A stretch of 42,501 nt of DNA from Lentisphaeria bacterium. GTDB taxonomy: Bacteria > Verrucomicrobiota > Lentisphaeria > Victivallales > Victivallaceae. A program made the translations under genes and the position numbers. The notes below the pieces were generated by a model that was not told where the DNA came from, made no database searches, and was given only the letters and a program-made list of their open reading frames with translations. This document shows positions 16,584 through 25,337 of the stretch, one piece after another. Each line of letters begins with the position of its first letter. The first letter of the stretch is position 1. The stretch lies in NCBI GenBank assembly GCA_017504125.1, contig JAFVRT010000246.1, positions 1-42,501 of the forward strand. The letters are read 5' to 3'.

Positions 16584-17678
16584 ATGAATCTTACTCAGGC
16601 TGAACTCAAGGAGATCGTCTACAATTTCATAGTGTACGGCGATTTTCTGGTGGGGGTACCTTTCGGCGGCGGCAATGTCAATGACACCTATCAGTTGACC
16701 TTCGATCAGGGCGGGGTCCGTCTGTACTACATACTGCAGCGGATCAATCACAATGTTTTCCACAAACCGGAAAATGTGATGGAAAATCTCGCCAGAGTTA
16801 CCGACCACCTTCTGAGTAAGATCCATGCCGCCCACATGGAAACCCGCCGCCGCACCATAAGACTGCTGCGGACTCCGGAAGGCAAGACCTGCACCTTTGA
16901 CCGGCACGGCAACTGCTGGCGGGCCTATGTATTCATTACCAATGCCCGTGCATACGATGTGCTTGAAACTCCCGAACAGGCTTTCTGCATTGCCCAGACC
17001 ATCGGGGAGTTTCAGCTCAATCTCATCGATCTTCCCGGTCCGCGTCTGCACGAAACGATCCCCAATTTTCACAATACCCCCAAACGCCTTGAGGCTCTCG
17101 AACAATCGATCCGTAAAGATGAGGCCGGCCGGGTAAAGTCAGTACAGCGGGAAATCGATTTTGTCATGGACCGTAAAGATGAATGTTCCAAGCTGGTGAA
17201 ACTTTTTGAAGAAGGCAGCATCCCGGAACGGATCACCCACAACGACACCAAATCCAACAACATCCTCATCGACGACCTTTCGGGCGAAGGTCTGTGTATG
17301 ATCGACCTCGATACCGTCATGCCCGGACTTTCACTTTATGACTTCGGCGACATCGTCCGCAGCGGAACCAACCCTGCAGAAGAAGATGAAACCGATCTCA
17401 GCAAAGTCGGCATGCGGTTCGATATGTACGAGGCACTCCACCGCGGTTATGTGGATATGACCAGCGGTTTTCTGACTCCTGCAGAATACGAAAATCTGCC
17501 TTTTGCCGGAAAATTAATAACTCTTGAAATCGGCATCCGTTTTCTGGCGGATTTTCTGGACGGGGATGTTTACTTCAAGACCCGCAGAGCCAACCAGAAC
17601 CTTGACCGGTGCCGTACCCAGTTCAAACTGGTGGAATCCATTGAAGAACAAATGGATAAAATGACTGCTCTCTTGTAA
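16584..17678 (+). CDS. APH-family sugar kinase, N-acetylhexosamine 1-kinase (NahK)-like
   Basis: 364 aa. Catalytic loop ITHNDTKSNNILID (HxDxxxxN) and MIDLDTVMPG (DxD) indicate the aminoglycoside-phosphotransferase fold. The HNDTK.NN block is what I associate with NahK-type anomeric kinases. Confidence 0.65.
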   Translation: MNLTQAELKEIVYNFIVYGDFLVGVPFGGGNVNDTYQLTFDQGGVRLYYILQRINHNVFHKPENVMENLARVTDHLLSKIHAAHMETRRRTIRLLRTPEGKTCTFDRHGNCWRAYVFITNARAYDVLETPEQAFCIAQTIGEFQLNLIDLPGPRLHETIPNFHNTPKRLEALEQSIRKDEAGRVKSVQREIDFVMDRKDECSKLVKLFEEGSIPERITHNDTKSNNILIDDLSGEGLCMIDLDTVMPGLSLYDFGDIVRSGTNPAEEDETDLSKVGMRFDMYEALHRGYVDMTSGFLTPAEYENLPFAGKLITLEIGIRFLADFLDGDVYFKTRRANQNLDRCRTQFKLVESIEEQMDKMTALL

Positions 17679-17706
17679 AAAGGTTCTTTTCAAGGAGGAA
17701 AAAATT

Positions 17707-18999
17707 ATGGCTTCCGGAGTTTTTCCAACGCTGACTGTCCAGTATTCTTTCAACAGAACTGAGTTGTTTGAGATCAAATCTCCCAGAGTGACCATCGGTT
17801 CATCACCGGAGTGCGATATTGTTGACACCACCGGCACCCTGGCTCCGAAACATGCGGAACTGCTGATAAGCGGCAATGATTATCTCATAAGTGATTGCGG
17901 TTCTGCCGACGGCTGCTTTATCAACGGCAGCATACTGGAAAACTCCCGTCCGCTGCGCCATGATGACATAATCCAGATGGGGGAAATGATCCTGATATTC
18001 CATACGGCTCTTTCCGGCGGTACGGATCCGGTGGCCGGGGCGGTGCGTTTCGACTCTGGCGCGCTGAAACAGCTGGCCGGCAAACTGGAAAAAAATATCG
18101 CTCAGGTCTTCAAAGGCAAACCGGAAACTATCCGCAATCTGCTGGTCTGTCTGCTGGCAGACGGCCATCTTCTTCTTGAAGATGCTCCCGGAGTGGGAAA
18201 AAGCATGCTGGCCCAGGCTCTGGCCCGTTCCATCTATTCCCGCTACCGCAGGATCCAGTTCACCCCGGACATGATGCCTTCTGACATTACCGGCATGAAT
18301 ATCTACGATGCCGACTCCGGCACATTCCGTTTCATGCCCGGTCCGATCTTCGGCAATGTGATCCTGGCCGATGAGATCAACCGTACCACTCCCCGTACCC
18401 AGTCCAGTCTGCTGGAGTGCATGGCCGAAAGTGCCGTAACTATCGATGGGGTAAGCAGGATCCTTCCCAAACCGTTTTTTGTCATCGCCACTCAGAATCC
18501 TGAAGATTATCACGGCACATATCCTCTGCCGGAGCCTCAGCTCGACCGTTTCATGATGCGCCTTTCCATAGGTTATCCCGATTCCGGAGCAGAACTGGAG
18601 ATACTTTCCGGAGCCAGAAACGGCAACATGCTCAATACGATTTCCGGAGTCGTCCGGGGCAACGATGTGGTATGCGCCCAGTCGTTGGTCCGTAAGATAG
18701 AAGTTTCCGACAGTATAAAGTCCTACATCATCGCCATTGCCGATGCCACACGGAAACACGAAGCTCTGGTCAACGGCTGCAGTCCCCGTGCAACGCTGGC
18801 TCTGATGCGGGCGTGCCAGAGTCTGGCAGCCTGCGAAGAACGGGATTATGTCACGCCTCATGATGTAACACGGCTTTATAAGGTGGTTCTGGCTCACCGT
18901 CTTACATTGAAACTACGGTGGAAGGCCCAATGGAAAAGCGTTGAAAATGTTCTTGCCGACATCGTCAGCAAGATAAAGATCCCCGGCGAAGTCAGGTAA
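17707..18999 (+). CDS. MoxR-family AAA+ ATPase with an N-terminal (degenerate) FHA domain
   Basis: 430 aa. Residues ~20-100 align with FHA domains (VTIGSSPECDIV...LAPKHAEL...DCGSADGCFINGS...DIIQMGEMILIF). They are followed by HLLLEDAPGVGKSMLAQALA (Walker A, 18190-18204), VILADEINR (Walker B) and ATQNP...PEPQLDRF (MoxR core). Confidence 0.88.
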   Translation: MASGVFPTLTVQYSFNRTELFEIKSPRVTIGSSPECDIVDTTGTLAPKHAELLISGNDYLISDCGSADGCFINGSILENSRPLRHDDIIQMGEMILIFHTALSGGTDPVAGAVRFDSGALKQLAGKLEKNIAQVFKGKPETIRNLLVCLLADGHLLLEDAPGVGKSMLAQALARSIYSRYRRIQFTPDMMPSDITGMNIYDADSGTFRFMPGPIFGNVILADEINRTTPRTQSSLLECMAESAVTIDGVSRILPKPFFVIATQNPEDYHGTYPLPEPQLDRFMMRLSIGYPDSGAELEILSGARNGNMLNTISGVVRGNDVVCAQSLVRKIEVSDSIKSYIIAIADATRKHEALVNGCSPRATLALMRACQSLAACEERDYVTPHDVTRLYKVVLAHRLTLKLRWKAQWKSVENVLADIVSKIKIPGEVR

Positions 19000-19046
19000 C
19001 TCAGAAGCATCACCTGCCGTCCGGACAGGAAAGGCCGTTATTGTAA

Positions 19047-20291
19047 ATGTTTATCGCCCGTCCAACTTCAGGAGGTACTGTTTTTCTGCTGCTGACTCTG
19101 GCAGCAGGTGGAGTTGCTTTTATGAATGTCGGGCTTATGACCGCTCTTTGTGCCGCGATCCTGGCGGCGGTCTGGTTATCCTCCTTTATCCTCGCTCAAT
19201 TTTTTTCCGGACGGATAAGTGTCGAACGGCTTTCTGCAGCCGATGTTCCCGGCAACACCGATGCTGTACTGCCGCTGCGTATCACCAACAACTCCATATT
19301 TTACCGGCAGGTGATGATAATCCGGGAAAAAATAGGTTTTTCCCTGAAAAAAACAGGCAGCTGGCCGGTTCCGGCTCTGGCCCCCGGAGAAAGCATTGTG
19401 ATGTTCCGCAAGATACATGCTGATATCCGCGGCCACTATACTCTGGAAAAACTTTCTGTCATAAGCGGCGATCCATGTGGATTTTTCAGACGCAGCAAGA
19501 ACTTTTTTCTCCCCGGCGAGATCACCATCACTCCGGGAATAACAGAGTTGGAACATCTGCCGGTTTCCCGCCGCAGCCGTCCCTCTGACGGCGGCGAGGG
19601 CCGGCTGCTGGGATACGCCGGTATCGGAGGAGATTTTTTCGGTATACGCCCCTATCGTTACGGAGATGAAATACAGCACATATACTGGCGCGGTTCCGCA
19701 GCCCGCAACAAACTTATGGTCAAAGAGTTTGAAGCGAGCGTAACCGAAAAGATCCATATCCTGCTGGACTGCTGCAGCAAAGGAGTCGGTCAGGATGATG
19801 TGGACAGCAACTTTGAACACCTTGTCAGTGCCGCCGCCTCCATCAGCATCACATTGAGCCGCCGTTATTGTCAGCTTTCTTTTGCAGCAGAATTCGCGGA
19901 AGGCGGCAGACTCCATCTTTCAGGAGATGCCTCAGGCATCTGCGGCAAGATCATCGAAGCTCTGACTGAATTGCGCTGCTGTGATACTGAAGTCGACGGG
20001 CTTCTCTGTGATGCCATGGAACATCTTAATCCGGGAGATACATTGTTTCTGCTGACGATGAGCAGTTCAGAGCTGACCGTGGAACTGGTGAAACAACTTA
20101 ATGACTCCGGGGTTCTGGTCAACTGGATCTATGCTCCGGCATACAATTTCCCCCCTGTTGAACCTGATATTATCAGGGAACTGCCCCGGAACTTTGCGGA
20201 ACGCTCCTGCAGCATGGAGCAAATCGTACTGAATTTCAAATCATCCCTGCCGGAAATGCTTCACTATGATAACGATCTGGAAAAAGTTTAG
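19047..20291 (+). CDS. DUF58-domain protein (MoxR partner), two N-terminal TM helices
   Basis: 414 aa. GDFFGIRPYRYGDEIQHIYWRGSAARNKLMVKEFE is the DUF58 signature block. Confidence 0.85.
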   Translation: MFIARPTSGGTVFLLLTLAAGGVAFMNVGLMTALCAAILAAVWLSSFILAQFFSGRISVERLSAADVPGNTDAVLPLRITNNSIFYRQVMIIREKIGFSLKKTGSWPVPALAPGESIVMFRKIHADIRGHYTLEKLSVISGDPCGFFRRSKNFFLPGEITITPGITELEHLPVSRRSRPSDGGEGRLLGYAGIGGDFFGIRPYRYGDEIQHIYWRGSAARNKLMVKEFEASVTEKIHILLDCCSKGVGQDDVDSNFEHLVSAAASISITLSRRYCQLSFAAEFAEGGRLHLSGDASGICGKIIEALTELRCCDTEVDGLLCDAMEHLNPGDTLFLLTMSSSELTVELVKQLNDSGVLVNWIYAPAYNFPPVEPDIIRELPRNFAERSCSMEQIVLNFKSSLPEMLHYDNDLEKV

Positions 20292-22740
20292 GACTCTCCT
20301 TTCCGGCATGGAACATAACCGGAATGTCCCGCGGCATCCGGCTCATCTGCTGTACGCTCTGCTGAATTTTCTTTCCATACTGGCCGCGCTGGTCATGCAT
20401 GGAGATGTCCGTTTCACCCTGAGTGTCATCGCGCTGCTGCTGCCGGTATCTTTCGTGGTTTTCGTCCCTTACCGTTACTGCAACATCTTGAGCCGCATGC
20501 TGCTCAATACACTTATTTTCGGTGCGGGCTGTTTCTGGATCATGTTCAGGCTCAAACATAATATACCGTTGGATAAAATGATGATCGAAGTTCTGGCTCT
20601 GTGGAGTCTGACTTTTCTCACCACCGGCAATTCAAGGGGATACTTTTACCTGCTTTTCATAGATATCATCATGCTGTTGTACGCCGCCTTGCTTCCCCGG
20701 CTGCTTTCCCTCTATCTGAGCATAGGTGCTTTCATTACGATCCTGATAATACTTTTCCGCAACCGCACCGGATTTCTTTCAGGAGATATGCTGCTGCGTA
20801 CACCGGGAAAAAGTTTCATCCGCACCTGGCATTTTCATTTTCTGTGGCTGCTTATCGCCGGAGTGATATTTCATTTTATTTTCGGGCTCATTCCGTTGCG
20901 CGACAACGCTTTTGAAGGTTTTGTCCCGGTATCTTTCGATACCCGGCGGGAATCCTTTGCCTCACCGGAACTCCGTCAATGGCTCAACTCCGGAAAAAAT
21001 ATAAAAAACGGTCCGGATGGAAAAGAAACTTCCGAAAATGCCGAAGGGGAAAATCTGCTTTTGTCAAAAGACGGCAGCGGCAAAACACTCCAGCTGCAGA
21101 ACCCGCCCGCCAATATCCAGGTGATCCCCGGCAACGGCGGTACTGCCATGGGCAAAGATCTGGTATTCCGGGTAAAATCCCCCCTGAAACTCTATCATCT
21201 TGCCCGGCTGTACGATCATTATAACGGTACCGAATGGCGGGTTTCCCGGCGCATGGCCCGCAACAACTCCAAAGCGGAGTTCCCCGATGCCAATCAGTTG
21301 GTCAAGCTCTCTTATTCTCAGGAAAAACTTTTTTCAGCTCACCTGGCCATTCCGTGGCAAATGGTGAGCTTCTCTCCTGATGAAACTTCATACGAAACTT
21401 TCAGTTACTCCGTAACCTTATGGGGAGTTACCGTCAAAAAACTTTCCAAGCCCCTGCCGCTGAAATTTTCGGCTTCCATCGGACTTCCGGTGATAAAAAT
21501 GGATGAAAACAACAATCCCCGTATTCTTCCGTGGCCGGAAACATTGCACCGCAGTGCCTATCTGCAGCTTCCCGCCAACCGTATATCCAGCCGGATACGC
21601 CAATTGGCCCGTACTGTTACTGCCAATTGTACGACACCCTACGCCAAAGCTCTGGCTCTGCGTGATTTTCTGCGCAGCAATTACACTTACAAACTTCATG
21701 CGTCCCCCACACCGCGCCACCGTGAAAGTGTGGATTATTTCCTTTTTTACCTCGGCGAAGGTCATTGTGAATATTTCGCCTCCGCTCTGGCGGTACTGGC
21801 CCGCTGTGCCGGTCTGCCGGCCAGAGTAGCCACAGGTTTTTCGCCCGGAAACTACAACACTCTCACCTCGCTTTTTGAAGTATTTGAATACCATGCTCAC
21901 GCCTGGACCCAGATCTACATACCTGAATTCGGCTGGCTGACCTTTGATGCCACTCCGCCCTCTGCAATAGTTTCGGAAACTTCTCCACCCGGATTCGGCA
22001 AGATGCGTGATCCCTTCGGCGACCAGTGGCGTATCCGTCCGCCGGAACTTACTGAAGACACTATTGACTATATGCAAAAGATCCGCATGAAAGCGGAACG
22101 GAAAAAGCAGCAGTCTGACGGCAAGGTTTCTCAAACCCTGAACGACATCGCCGCTGCCGGCGATAAACTGCGGGAAGAATTGAAAAAAGAGCATCTGCCC
22201 AAAGATCCGCAGCGGCTCAAAAATCTGAAACCGGTGAAAAAGCCGTTGCTCGATGCCGCCGCGATAAGAGCGAAAGCTGCGGCACTTTTCAAAGCCTTGC
22301 AGGTAAAGCTGGTGGAGTTTGCGATCTATATCGTTTCATCATGGACAAGAGTACTTACCGCCTTCGGCACTCTGCTGCTGGGAACAGCTTTGATGCTCTG
22401 GCTTTTCAAGTTTCTGAAAATGGTCAGCCTCAGGCTCCGTCTGCGGTGGCTCATCAGAAAAGCCGCCGATCACAGCGTGCCGCGCCGTGCTGTACGCAGC
22501 TCCTGTATGGCCGCATTACTGATGTTGGAACTGGAAAATATGGGCCGCCGGAACAATCAGGAACTTATGGGATATGCTGCAGCATTACGCCGGGATCTGG
22601 CTCCGGAAGCTGCCGGTCTGTTCGCTCTGTTTTACCGGTCGGCATACCGTTCCGGAGAGATCACCCCTGAGGAAGCCGATACCGCATACAAACATCTGCT
22701 TGCCATCTGCAATGGTATAAAAGGCACTCCGGGATACTGA
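20266..22740 (+). CDS. Polytopic transglutaminase-like (Cys-His-Asp) membrane protein with a C-terminal TM plus DUF4129-like tail
   Basis: 824 aa. About six N-terminal TMs, then GEGHCEYFASALAVLARCAGLPARVATGF (Cys codon 21766-21768), YHAHAWTQIY (His 21898-21900) and WLTFDATP (Asp 21946-21948). The start is uncertain: 20266 overlaps DUF58 by 26 nt, and an alternative ATG is at 20309. Confidence 0.85.
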   Translation: MITIWKKFRTLLSGMEHNRNVPRHPAHLLYALLNFLSILAALVMHGDVRFTLSVIALLLPVSFVVFVPYRYCNILSRMLLNTLIFGAGCFWIMFRLKHNIPLDKMMIEVLALWSLTFLTTGNSRGYFYLLFIDIIMLLYAALLPRLLSLYLSIGAFITILIILFRNRTGFLSGDMLLRTPGKSFIRTWHFHFLWLLIAGVIFHFIFGLIPLRDNAFEGFVPVSFDTRRESFASPELRQWLNSGKNIKNGPDGKETSENAEGENLLLSKDGSGKTLQLQNPPANIQVIPGNGGTAMGKDLVFRVKSPLKLYHLARLYDHYNGTEWRVSRRMARNNSKAEFPDANQLVKLSYSQEKLFSAHLAIPWQMVSFSPDETSYETFSYSVTLWGVTVKKLSKPLPLKFSASIGLPVIKMDENNNPRILPWPETLHRSAYLQLPANRISSRIRQLARTVTANCTTPYAKALALRDFLRSNYTYKLHASPTPRHRESVDYFLFYLGEGHCEYFASALAVLARCAGLPARVATGFSPGNYNTLTSLFEVFEYHAHAWTQIYIPEFGWLTFDATPPSAIVSETSPPGFGKMRDPFGDQWRIRPPELTEDTIDYMQKIRMKAERKKQQSDGKVSQTLNDIAAAGDKLREELKKEHLPKDPQRLKNLKPVKKPLLDAAAIRAKAAALFKALQVKLVEFAIYIVSSWTRVLTAFGTLLLGTALMLWLFKFLKMVSLRLRLRWLIRKAADHSVPRRAVRSSCMAALLMLELENMGRRNNQELMGYAAALRRDLAPEAAGLFALFYRSAYRSGEITPEEADTAYKHLLAICNGIKGTPGY

Positions 22741-22779
22741 AAAATAATGCAAAAACTCCTGAACGGCATGTGATTTGCA

Positions 22780-22809
22780 TTGGAATTATCGTTCCGGTTG
22801 TGCTATATT
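22780..22809 (+). promoter_or_regulatory. Candidate iorAB promoter (TTGGAA-18-TATATT)
   Basis: -35 TTGGAA 22780-22785, 18-nt spacer, -10 TATATT 22804-22809. Confidence 0.35.
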
Positions 22810-22853
22810 ATCATGATTGTATTTTGATAATGCACAAAAAATGAGGTATTTTT

Positions 22854-24434
22854 ATGTCTGAAAGAATGTTGGTCAACGGCAATGAAGCTGTCGCTCTTGC
22901 GGCACTGGATTGCCATGTCGATCTGGGATGCGGTTATCCCGGTACCCCTTCGTCAGAAATACTTGACGAATTCGCCAGACTCGGCGGTTCTGCCGAATGG
23001 GCTCCGAACGAAAAATGCGCCATGGAGGTCGCTATCGGCACAGCTCTCGCCAACGGCCGCAGCCTGGTCACTATGAAACATGTAGGCTTGAATGTGGCTG
23101 CCGATCCCTTTTTCACTATTGCCTATTCCGGAACTCCCGGAGGTCTGGTAGTCATCAGTGCCGACGATCCCGGCATGGCCTCCAGCCAGAACGAACAGGA
23201 CAACCGCCGCTACGCAGTCAGTGCCGGGGTCCCCATGTTTGAACCTTCCGACTCTCAGGAATGCTATGATTTTCTGATCGAAGCCTTCAAACTTGCCGAT
23301 CAGTTCCGTTCTCCGGTGCTGTTCCGCATGACCACCAGGGTCTGCCACTCCAAGTGCATCCTCAACCGTACCGGAGCGGGACTTCCTGCCCGCAAAGCGG
23401 AGTTCATCAGGGATCCCCGTTCCAATGTTATGGTCCCGGCCTTTGCAAAGATCGCTCACCGCAGACTCCGCAGCGACCTCAAGACCATGGCTGAGCTCAG
23501 TGAAAAAAGCTCCTGGCACAAGGTCATAAACAAAAGTTCAGATCTGGGTATAATCACTTCGGGCATCTCCTACCAGCATGTCCGTGAAGCAGCTCCTGAG
23601 GCTTCGATCCTGAAACTCGGTTTCACCTGGCCGCTGCCCGAAAAAACCATCCGGGAGTTTGCAGGTTCCGTCAAACGCTGCATCGTCATCGACGAAGGAG
23701 ATAATTTCCTTGCTGACAATATCAATGCCATGGGCATCAGCGTGGAAGGCAAAGATCAGGAGTTCCGTTTCGGGGAACTCAATGTTACCAGAGTCCGCAA
23801 ACTTCTGGCAGGCGACAATACTCCTGAAACTCCCGGAGCCCCCGGCAAACCTCCGCAGCTCTGCGTAGGCTGTCCCCACCGCAAGACCTTTGAGGCACTC
23901 CGCGATCTGGATTGCATCGTTTCCGGAGATATCGGCTGCTACACTCTCGGTGTGATGCCTCCCTTCAATGCCATCCACAGCTGTGTCTGCATGGGTGCCA
24001 GCATCACCGTCGGTCTGGGCATGCGCAAGATGCTTCCTGAAAGCGAAGCCCGCAAAGTGGTAAGTGTCATCGGTGATTCCACCTTTCTCCACACCGGCAT
24101 CAACGGCATCGTTGAAATGGTCTACAACCGGCCCGAAACCGGTCATGTGGTGGTGATCCTTGACAACAGCATCACCGCAATGACCGGTCTGCAGGAAAAT
24201 CCCGCTACCGGAAGAAAATTGGATCACACTCCGGCTCCCGCCGTTTCTCTGGAAAAGATCGTCGAAGGCATCGGCGTGGACAATGTGGACATAATCGATA
24301 CCACAGTCGAACATGAAAGATTCAAAACCCTGCTTCAGGAGCGTTTGAGTTCCAACGACACAAGCGTGATCATCGCCCGCCGCCCCTGTATCCTCGGAGC
24401 AGTCAAAGCCAAAAGTTATGAGGTGAAAAAATGA
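22854..24434 (+). CDS. iorA: Indolepyruvate:ferredoxin oxidoreductase, alpha subunit (TPP-binding)
   Basis: 526 aa. NGNEAVALAALDC..GYPGTPSSEI, QLCVGCPHR and GDIGCYTLG are IorA blocks. I saw no CxxCxxCxxxCP ferredoxin-type motif. Confidence 0.85.
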   Translation: MSERMLVNGNEAVALAALDCHVDLGCGYPGTPSSEILDEFARLGGSAEWAPNEKCAMEVAIGTALANGRSLVTMKHVGLNVAADPFFTIAYSGTPGGLVVISADDPGMASSQNEQDNRRYAVSAGVPMFEPSDSQECYDFLIEAFKLADQFRSPVLFRMTTRVCHSKCILNRTGAGLPARKAEFIRDPRSNVMVPAFAKIAHRRLRSDLKTMAELSEKSSWHKVINKSSDLGIITSGISYQHVREAAPEASILKLGFTWPLPEKTIREFAGSVKRCIVIDEGDNFLADNINAMGISVEGKDQEFRFGELNVTRVRKLLAGDNTPETPGAPGKPPQLCVGCPHRKTFEALRDLDCIVSGDIGCYTLGVMPPFNAIHSCVCMGASITVGLGMRKMLPESEARKVVSVIGDSTFLHTGINGIVEMVYNRPETGHVVVILDNSITAMTGLQENPATGRKLDHTPAPAVSLEKIVEGIGVDNVDIIDTTVEHERFKTLLQERLSSNDTSVIIARRPCILGAVKAKSYEVKK

Positions 24435-24904
24435 GCAAAGTCCATAATATAGTTATCGCCGGTCTGGGCGGTCAGGGAGTTCTGAAAGTTACAGATATTC
24501 TCGCTGAAGCACTTTTCAAGGCGGGATTCGATGTGAAAAAGAGCGAAGTCCACGGCATGAGCCAGCGCGGCGGATCAGTTTCAAGTGAAGTCCGTTACGG
24601 CGAGGAAGTGGCAAGTCCCATGGTTCCCGCCGGTGAAGCCGATGTGCTGGCAGTCCTCGACGCCACCCAGCTCGAAGTTGCCCGCGGCGTACTCAAAGCC
24701 GGCGGCGCAGCCATCGTTCCGGAAGATCTGCCTCTGGACAAGCTCCAAAATCCCAAAGCTCTCAATACCATGATGCTGGGAGCTGTTTCCAATTATATCG
24801 ACCTGCCGGTCGAAAGTTTTATCGAAGCTCTCAAGGCCAATCTGCCTGAAAAACTTCACGAAATGAATATTGAGATGTTTTATCTGGGACGCAATTCCCG
24901 GTAA
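24431..24904 (+). CDS. iorB: Indolepyruvate:ferredoxin oxidoreductase, beta subunit
   Basis: 157 aa. NIVIAGLGGQGVLKVTDILAEA...EVHGMSQRGGSV. There is an ATGA start/stop overlap with iorA. Confidence 0.82.
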   Translation: MSKVHNIVIAGLGGQGVLKVTDILAEALFKAGFDVKKSEVHGMSQRGGSVSSEVRYGEEVASPMVPAGEADVLAVLDATQLEVARGVLKAGGAAIVPEDLPLDKLQNPKALNTMMLGAVSNYIDLPVESFIEALKANLPEKLHEMNIEMFYLGRNSR

Positions 24905-24931
24905 ACTTCAGGGATTTAATGATATTTGCAC

Positions 24932-24960
24932 TTGCAAAAATCTCTTACAAGTGCTATATT
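24932..24960 (+). promoter_or_regulatory. Candidate rplU promoter (TTGCAA-17-TATATT) embedded in inverted repeats
   Basis: -35 TTGCAA 24932-24937 and -10 TATATT 24955-24960. GCACTTG 24928-24934 pairs with CAAGTGC 24948-24954, and CTTACAAG 24944-24951 pairs with CTTGTAAG 24986-24993. Confidence 0.5.
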
Positions 24961-25014
24961 ATGTGTCTTGTATAAAATTTGAGTTCTTGTAAGTCAATAA
25001 ACAGGAGATAAAAA

Positions 25015-25329
25015 ATGAATGCTATTATCCAGAGCGGCGGCAAGCAGCTTAAAGTCAAAGCCGGCGACATTGTCGAAGTGGAAAAACTGGCCGTTGCAGA
25101 CGGCGCAGAAGTGATTTTTGATCAGGTTCTCGCAGTAGAAGGCGATGACGGCAAACTCAACATCGGTACTCCCGTAGTCGCCGGTGCCAAAGTTGTCGGC
25201 AAAGTCCTCGAAGTCATCAAGGCCCGCAAAGTCGTCGCTTTCAAGATGAAACGCCGCAAAGGCTATCGCCGTACCCACGGCCACCGTCAACAGTACTCCC
25301 GCGTAGAGATCACCGCTGTCAACGCCTGA
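25015..25329 (+). CDS. rplU: 50S ribosomal protein L21
   Basis: 104 aa. MNAIIQSGGKQLKVKAGD...KVVAFKMKRRKGYRRTHGHRQQYSRVEI is classic L21. Confidence 0.95.
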   Translation: MNAIIQSGGKQLKVKAGDIVEVEKLAVADGAEVIFDQVLAVEGDDGKLNIGTPVVAGAKVVGKVLEVIKARKVVAFKMKRRKGYRRTHGHRQQYSRVEITAVNA

Positions 25330-25337
25330 GGAGTGCC

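Noticed and set aside
19011-19030. A hairpin or palindrome (CCTGCCGTCCGGACAGG) between moxR and the DUF58 gene, considered as an internal terminator.
   Set aside because: The stem is short and mismatched, and no U-tract follows.
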